64,000 bases of DNA from a virus. Taxonomy: Duplodnaviria > Caudoviricetes. Below are positions 59,121-64,000 of this stretch, one piece after another. Location: positions 15,274 through 79,273 of IMG/VR virus record IMGVR_UViG_2627853746_000004; one strand, given 5' to 3'. Both the position numbers and the translations under genes were made by a program. The first letter of the stretch is position 1. Every line of letters starts with the position of its first letter. A model generated the notes under the pieces. That model had not been told where the DNA came from. It saw only the letters and a program-made list of their open reading frames with translations, and did no database searches.

Positions 59121-59412
59121 TGATACACCTCGTAAGCTACTTCGGATCATCGCCCAATATCGATACCATTTCCGGCGGGTGCCGACAATCCGGGAGCTGG
59201 GAAAGTTAAGCGGGCGCAGGCCAGCGGATGTGATCAATGGTTTTAAGGTGTTGGCAGCAGAGCACTATATAGCATGGGACCCAGCCTAACCAATAGAGAC
59301 GGCCACAATCATTGAGGGGTGGGAGCGGCACGTACCTTACGATACAGCACCGCAGGGAGGCGCACAGAGCCCCGGGCGCAGCACTAATATAGATTACTGG
59401 TTGTACCATTAA
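59113..59412 (+). pseudogene. LexA-like HTH gene interrupted by an in-frame TAA at 59287
   Basis: MLDDTPRKLL...VPTIRELGKLSGR...HYIAWDPA*PIETATIIEGWER...YWLYH in one frame. Confidence 0.6.
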
Positions 59413-59426
59413 GGGGGCTTTACATA

Positions 59427-59906
59427 ATGAGTAAATTGGACGGGAATGAGCGATGGAAAACTAAGATGGTTTTGACTGAACATGTGGATCAATACGATCA
59501 GGAGATTAAAGCGGAGGGGGCCGGTAACAAGATACTTACCGTAGAGGAGCGGACAATGGTGCGTGACCTCATATTACTGCCATATATCGAGACTATGGTC
59601 GATAAAAGCCTCCGGGAGATTGAGCTCTCTGGCAGCATACTGAAGAGGGCCTATTTAATGGCTGGACAAAGCATACAGCGCCGGATCACACAGGATACGT
59701 ATCAGCTGAAAAAGGAACTGAAGCAGCGGAACATAAAAGTGGTGCCGGATGAACAGGAAGAGTTCTTGGTTTATCATAAAATCTTTTGCCGGGGGCGACA
59801 GGAGAGGTTTGGTCTTACCCGTGACGTTATGCGTACAGAGATAAGCCTGCGGTTGACCCAGTATACTGCTGAGCTGGGAATGACATTAAAAAATCATTTT
59901 AAATAA
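59427..59906 (+). CDS. Hypothetical protein with YolD-like N-terminal motif
   Basis: KLDGNERW..KMVLTEH. Confidence 0.65.
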   Translation: MSKLDGNERWKTKMVLTEHVDQYDQEIKAEGAGNKILTVEERTMVRDLILLPYIETMVDKSLREIELSGSILKRAYLMAGQSIQRRITQDTYQLKKELKQRNIKVVPDEQEEFLVYHKIFCRGRQERFGLTRDVMRTEISLRLTQYTAELGMTLKNHFK

Positions 59907-59922
59907 CAAAGCCCGTCAGTGA

Positions 59923-60147
59923 TTATACTGGCGGGGTTTCTTCGTCTTCAGGCGTGTATTCAAGGATGTCATGTACCGAAACATTCAAGTATTTGCAAAG
60001 CTTGTCCAGTACATCCCGGGGATAACGTTCCATTGTGTCATTGTACAAACGTCTTACTATTTCAAAGTGGCAATCAGCCTCACGAGCTAATTCTCTAATG
60101 GATAGACCACGTTCATCAGCAATTGCCTTAAGCCTGGAATTAATCAT
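59923..60147 (-). CDS. Cro/C1-type HTH regulator
   Basis: RLKAIADERGLSIRELARE...LDKLCKYLNVSVHDILEY; SD AGGAGG. Confidence 0.88.
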   Translation of the reverse strand: MINSRLKAIADERGLSIRELAREADCHFEIVRRLYNDTMERYPRDVLDKLCKYLNVSVHDILEYTPEDEETPPV

Positions 60148-60175
60148 GGACAACCCTCCTGTAACAAAATTAGCA

Positions 60176-60258
60176 TGACAAAGAAAAGTTGTCAAATTAT
60201 TATTGACAAAGAAAAGTAGTCAGTATAATATTGGATTATCGACAAACAAAGTTAGTCA
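60176..60258. promoter_or_regulatory. Three TGAC-N11-GTCA operator boxes over a sigma-A promoter
   Basis: Boxes at 60176, 60204 and 60240 (third starts CGAC); TTGACA at 60203, TATAAT at 60224. Confidence 0.78.
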
Positions 60259-60275
60259 ATGAGGGGGCTAAACAA

Positions 60276-60446
60276 ATGTATGAAGAGAATGAATATGAAT
60301 TTGAAGTTCATTTCAGGGATCAGCCATATCTGGAAATAACTCGACGTGGTAAAACGCAGCTGGAAGCATTATTCAACGCAGAATGTGACTACGAAAACGA
60401 ACCAGGTTACTCTGCAGTGATCTCAATAGATCCAAATAAAATCTAA
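60276..60446 (+). CDS. Small acidic protein
   Basis: ATG after SD GAGGGGG. Confidence 0.55.
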   Translation: MYEENEYEFEVHFRDQPYLEITRRGKTQLEALFNAECDYENEPGYSAVISIDPNKI

Positions 60447-60475
60447 GCCGGCGGGCATACACGGGAGGAATAGGG

Positions 60476-60646
60476 ATGTTGAATAGCATGACGGTATCTG
60501 ACTCGGAAAAGAAAATGATTGAAGCTATGAGAGCAACCGGCGTTACACCACACAACATGGTACAGATGGCACGGTCTCATGCAATCAAAATCAAAAGTAT
60601 GGAGATTCACCACTATGACCAGATCGTAGATTCGCTGGCACAATAA
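60476..60646 (+). CDS. Small hypothetical protein (56 aa)
   Basis: Not in track; SD GGGAGG. Confidence 0.55.
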   Translation: MLNSMTVSDSEKKMIEAMRATGVTPHNMVQMARSHAIKIKSMEIHHYDQIVDSLAQ

Positions 60647-60682
60647 GGGGCTACGGTCCCTCTAAAGGAGGAAATAAAGTAT

Positions 60683-60850
60683 ATGGATCAATGGAGTAAT
60701 AATGCCTGCCTGGGGTACATCAGGGCTGCACTAGAGCGTAAGGGGTGGAGTGATAAGCAGATCAGAGAAGTAACCGGAGCTGTATATCATGAATTTGATT
60801 TCAAAACAGTAGACGAAGCCAAACGGATCTACGAAAGATCATTTGATTAA
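60683..60850 (+). CDS. Small hypothetical protein (MDQWSNNACLGY..., 55 aa)
   Basis: Not in track; SD AGGAGG. Confidence 0.65.
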   Translation: MDQWSNNACLGYIRAALERKGWSDKQIREVTGAVYHEFDFKTVDEAKRIYERSFD

Positions 60851-60937
60851 TCCGCCTGATGAGCGCTGTCAGCGCCTTGGACCGGCTGCGGGGCTGGTCG
60901 AAACCTACCGGATTCTTATTGCCGGGATGGTCGTGGA
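60851..60937 (+). ncRNA. Type I hammerhead ribozyme (variant with an extra hairpin)
   Basis: Stem I TCCGC/GTGGA; core CTGATGA; stem II GACCGGC/GCTGGTC; GAAAC; cleavage triplet GTC 60930-60932. Confidence 0.72.
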
Positions 60938-60987
60938 ATCCGCCATACGAGGGCTGCGCGCGTCCTCAATGTATAGGAGTGATAGTT

Positions 60988-61233
60988 ATGCTGTACGCAC
61001 ACGAACGCATGGCTGAATTATGGACTATTCAAAAGCAACGTTCTCTTAAGAATTCCGAACAATTAGAAATGGAAATCTGTCAGCAAGCGAATGCATTGTA
61101 CTGCTGGGATTGGGCAAGACTTAAGCATTTTTCTGTTATTGCATCTGAGACTAATGATGTTGAACTTCACCATGAAATTTGTGCTCAGATTGAGGAATTA
61201 CAACTTACCGGAAAGGTCTCTAAGAAACATTGA
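60988..61233 (+). CDS. Small hypothetical protein
   Basis: ATG after SD AGGAGTG. Confidence 0.6.
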   Translation: MLYAHERMAELWTIQKQRSLKNSEQLEMEICQQANALYCWDWARLKHFSVIASETNDVELHHEICAQIEELQLTGKVSKKH

Positions 61234-61345
61234 AAGATCGCCGCCTGATAGACCTATATCGCAGTAAATAAGTAGTATACGCTATACCGGGACCAGATAT
61301 ATAATTAACCTATTGAATGAAAATTATGTCAGGCGGTGTTGTGAT

Positions 61346-61978
61346 TTGTCGTGGGAGCCAATTCTATTCATTGTTTTTTCAACAATTGAAACGTTCGCAG
61401 TTTACTATGTGATGATGTCAATTTATAGGCTAAAACCCATGGAATTTATATGGGAAGCTTTATTCACAATTTTATTGATGGATTTGCAAAGTTTTGTACT
61501 AAGAGAGGAACTGTCGCTTTCGCCTCTCGTACCGTTGATCAACATCTTTTTATTTACGTTATTATTAAAAACGGTAGTAAGAGTGCCGATAATTTGGTCA
61601 ATAATCATCTCAATTACTGGATATTTTCTCATGGTTTTAATACAAGTTGGGATTGTAAATTTATCATTTGGTTTATTGACTGTCGATGAAATACACGCCA
61701 GTCCTGTGAGGGGTTACCTATTGCAAGTATTAAGCGGGGTTATAGGAATAGCAATATTAAAGATATACAACTTTTTTGGAGGCGGATTTGATTTTGAATT
61801 CGAAAAACTGAAATTCAAAAGTGAAACAGTGATTGTGTATTTAATGATTATTGGCACTTTGTTATCTTCCGCAATTCTATTAAGTAGAAATAATTCATTC
61901 CTTGATGTGATTTTTATATCTATAGCGGTGTTATTTTTCTTATTCTATGCAACCAGAAAGGAAAAAGAGAGTGATTGA
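61346..61978 (+). CDS. Polytopic membrane protein, putative AgrC-type sensor domain without kinase
   Basis: About 7 hydrophobic segments over its whole length; overlaps agrB start; no H-box or HATPase. Confidence 0.7.
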   Translation: MSWEPILFIVFSTIETFAVYYVMMSIYRLKPMEFIWEALFTILLMDLQSFVLREELSLSPLVPLINIFLFTLLLKTVVRVPIIWSIIISITGYFLMVLIQVGIVNLSFGLLTVDEIHASPVRGYLLQVLSGVIGIAILKIYNFFGGGFDFEFEKLKFKSETVIVYLMIIGTLLSSAILLSRNNSFLDVIFISIAVLFFLFYATRKEKESD

Positions 61979-62486
61979 ACATCTCGCACGCCTAATTGCC
62001 AGAAAAATAAAAAAAGAAGTTCCAAATCATCATGCTTCAACGGAAGTGCTGGAGTTTTCCTTATCAATATTAATTAATGCAGCTATGATCTTAATTTCTA
62101 CATTTCTCATTTCTATTTTTACAGGTAGGATCGTTGAGACTATTGTTGCTTTGATTGCATTTCCTATACTCAGACAAGTGTCTGGTGGGTTTCACTTAAA
62201 GACAGGGATGGGCTGTGTGTTATTTACAACAATACTAATGACGGCCATATCTTATTCTGATTTTAACAACTCTACGATAGTTGTTTTGGGCATAATCAGT
62301 CTTTTACTAGCAATATTTTATGCCCCGTCCGGAATAGAAAATCAATCAAGAATACCAGAAAAGTATTATCCATTGTTAAAAGTGATCTCAATATTTATTA
62401 TCAGTATTAATTTTTTCATTCTTTCACCTGTAATAGCATCGGCATTTTTTGTGCAAACTTTGACTTTAATTAAATTGAGGAGGTGA
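61971..62486 (+). CDS. agrB: Accessory gene regulator B (peptide cyclase)
   Basis: LRQVSGGFHLKT...C (catalytic His/Cys pattern), YAPS; multi-TM. Confidence 0.9.
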   Translation: MIEHLARLIARKIKKEVPNHHASTEVLEFSLSILINAAMILISTFLISIFTGRIVETIVALIAFPILRQVSGGFHLKTGMGCVLFTTILMTAISYSDFNNSTIVVLGIISLLLAIFYAPSGIENQSRIPEKYYPLLKVISIFIISINFFILSPVIASAFFVQTLTLIKLRR

Positions 62487-62490
62487 TTTT

Positions 62491-62616
62491 ATGAAAAAGG
62501 GAATATATAACATGGCGGCTACTGTTCTAGGCGTTCTTGCTGTAGGGTTTGTTTCCCCAGCAAGTATCTGGTATGTCTATGGGGGAGCAGTACCTAAGGA
62601 ACTATTGAAAAAATAG
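62491..62616 (+). CDS. agrD: AgrD-type cyclic autoinducer precursor (MKKGIYNMAATVLGVLAVGFVSPASIWYVYGGAVPKELLKK)
   Basis: Not in track; SD GAGGAGGTG; amphipathic leader, S-I-W-Y-V ring candidate, PKELL tail; directly after agrB. Confidence 0.85.
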   Translation: MKKGIYNMAATVLGVLAVGFVSPASIWYVYGGAVPKELLKK

Positions 62617-62625
62617 GAGGTTTAC

Positions 62626-63018
62626 ATGACCTACTTCACAGTAACAAAAGATCCAGAAGGGGATACGGGTCTACATACAATAACAGTTGACGATATATTA
62701 ATGTTTGAGTATTCCCGTAGATATAATAAAATTCTAATGACAACTGCAGAAGGTGTATTCTATACAGGCGGAACCTTGGCTTATTGGACGAATGCTTTCA
62801 TCAATACCGGCAAAAACTTTATCCAGTCTGATAGAGGAACTTCGATAAATTTAGACAAGGTTATTTCAGTAGATACAATCTTGAGGGTTGTCTATTTTGA
62901 TTATTATCATAACGGTAAGCAATTAAGGTGTACGATGTCTGAAAAGAGAAGCCCGTCAGTAATAAGGGAGCTTAGGCTACTTGAAGCAAGTGTCGATTTT
63001 ATTAAAGAGCGCTTATAG
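62626..63018 (+). CDS. Stand-alone LytTR DNA-binding protein
   Basis: VDDILMFE, FIQSDRGTSINLDKV; no receiver domain. Confidence 0.85.
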   Translation: MTYFTVTKDPEGDTGLHTITVDDILMFEYSRRYNKILMTTAEGVFYTGGTLAYWTNAFINTGKNFIQSDRGTSINLDKVISVDTILRVVYFDYYHNGKQLRCTMSEKRSPSVIRELRLLEASVDFIKERL

Positions 63019-63029
63019 CGCTCTTTTTT
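63004..63029 (+). terminator. Intrinsic terminator closing the agr-like operon
   Basis: AAAGAGCGCT-TAT-AGCGCTCTTTTTT. Confidence 0.75.
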
Positions 63030-63242
63030 GTGTTCTCAGAAAAGTAAATAGGAGAAAATGTAGAATTATGTCGGTTTGTGAGTAATGTGAAAATATTTCG
63101 TCTGACGAATATGGATGTACATGGAATCTATGGAAGGTGTATTATTGAATTAAATAGAACGGGGGAAAATTTCTTGACATATACTCTTTAAACTCCTTCA
63201 TTGCACGTTAGCTGGCGGGGAGTAGTAATCTACTCCATCTTG

Positions 63243-63473
63243 TTACGTTCGAGGATACTCATAAAGATCAGCTTCAACACATCCCAATACAAGACAGATG
63301 CCCCTGCTCAATAGAGGACCTGGTTGCTTGATCCCTCGTTCAATAAGAGATATCAAAGTATGGGAAGCTGATATATCATGGTTCTTCTTTAACTCAAAGG
63401 ACAGTTGCTCTTGAGTTAACCCTCTGGATAACCTAAGGTCACGTAACAAGCACTCCCCTAAGCTGAGTGCCAT
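63243..63473 (-). CDS. Xre-family HTH regulator
   Basis: LRDLRLSRGLTQEQLS...ISLIERG...ICLVLGCVEADLY. Confidence 0.85.
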   Translation of the reverse strand: MALSLGECLLRDLRLSRGLTQEQLSFELKKNHDISASHTLISLIERGIKQPGPLLSRGICLVLGCVEADLYEYPRT

Positions 63474-63583
63474 AAATCCTCCAATTATTAAAATTTATTT
63501 AAGAAGGTGATTTTAATAGATTATAACACAAGGTTTAATTGATGGCACAATGTAAGGGCGAAGGAGTAAAGGAGGTTAAGTGT

Positions 63584-64000
63584 GTGATCTATATTACGGT
63601 GACTGAGAGCGAAGATGGGGCGGGAATACAGCAAATATTGGTTGAGGATATACTTTATATGCAACTGGACAATCAGCTGATAATTTCAGTATATACTCAA
63701 ACCGCCAAATACTTTACTGTTGGGAATTTGAGATTTTGGGCATCGGCATTTGAAAAAGCAGGATTAAATTTTTTGCGGTTAGATCGTGGGGTCTTGGCAA
63801 ACTCTGAGAAGATCAGAGCGATAGATTCTTATTACAAAATGGCGTACTTTGATGTTGTTATTAATAAAGACACTATACGGTGTACAATGTCTATCACAGG
63901 TTACAAGGCATTTTGCGAGATATATAACATTACTCAAAAAGGTAGCAAGACCGCTGCGAGCATAATGTTTAAAGGCTTGTCCTGGCAGACAAGCCTTTAA
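63584..64000 (+). CDS. Second stand-alone LytTR protein
   Basis: VEDILYM, FLRLDRGVLANSEKI; GTG after SD AAGGAGG; paralog of 62626. Confidence 0.82.
   Translation: MIYITVTESEDGAGIQQILVEDILYMQLDNQLIISVYTQTAKYFTVGNLRFWASAFEKAGLNFLRLDRGVLANSEKIRAIDSYYKMAYFDVVINKDTIRCTMSITGYKAFCEIYNITQKGSKTAASIMFKGLSWQTSL

Larger units (their letters stand above)
1..64000 (+). mobile_element. Temperate siphovirus/prophage segment (early-middle genes, packaging, head, tail, lysis, accessory end); boundaries not visible
   Basis: Co-oriented terS, terL, portal, protease, capsid, tail, tape measure, endolysin, holin, plus typical phage middle genes. Whether 49-64 kb lies inside the prophage is inference. Confidence 0.9.

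Noticed and set aside
60859-60987. N-terminal extension of track ORF 60859..61233
   Set aside because: It overlaps the hammerhead core; a proper SD lies before ATG 60988.
63030-63242. RNAIII-like sRNA or 12-aa ORF between the LytTR and Xre genes
   Set aside because: Only a short hairpin and a CTCCT motif; SD-ATG spacing is poor; not enough evidence.

Overview
The whole window reads as a temperate siphovirus or prophage of a Bacillota host, most likely Paenibacillus (inferred from gene families, SD motifs, SOS boxes and codon style). The order is: early/middle genes (1-11.7 kb: repeat-containing C5 DNA methyltransferase, Cro switch, HNH, phage sigma factor, ASCH, YopX, DpdA-like transglycosylase, ArpU-like late activator); packaging and head genes interrupted by AT-rich morons, including a Septu-like ATPase+HNH pair between terS and terL; a tail module with unusual Dit-fibres-Tal order; lysis genes; and a 15-kb accessory end (lipase plus membrane protein, small toxin-like peptide, paired secreted proteins, SOS-regulated SRAP/ligase module, hammerhead ribozyme). 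The best candidate for an undescribed system is at 61.3-64 kb: an Agr-like peptide-signalling cassette with no kinase and no receiver domain (membrane-sensor-only protein, AgrB, unannotated AgrD, two stand-alone LytTR proteins, Xre HTH). Other notable signals are a 14-bp palindrome repeated 8 times and mostly next to terminators, a ~60-nt motif present three times, sigma-H-like moron promoters and two structured-RNA candidates. No integrase, att site or replication gene was identified, so prophage boundaries cannot be fixed. All family calls come from motif recognition by eye, not database searches.
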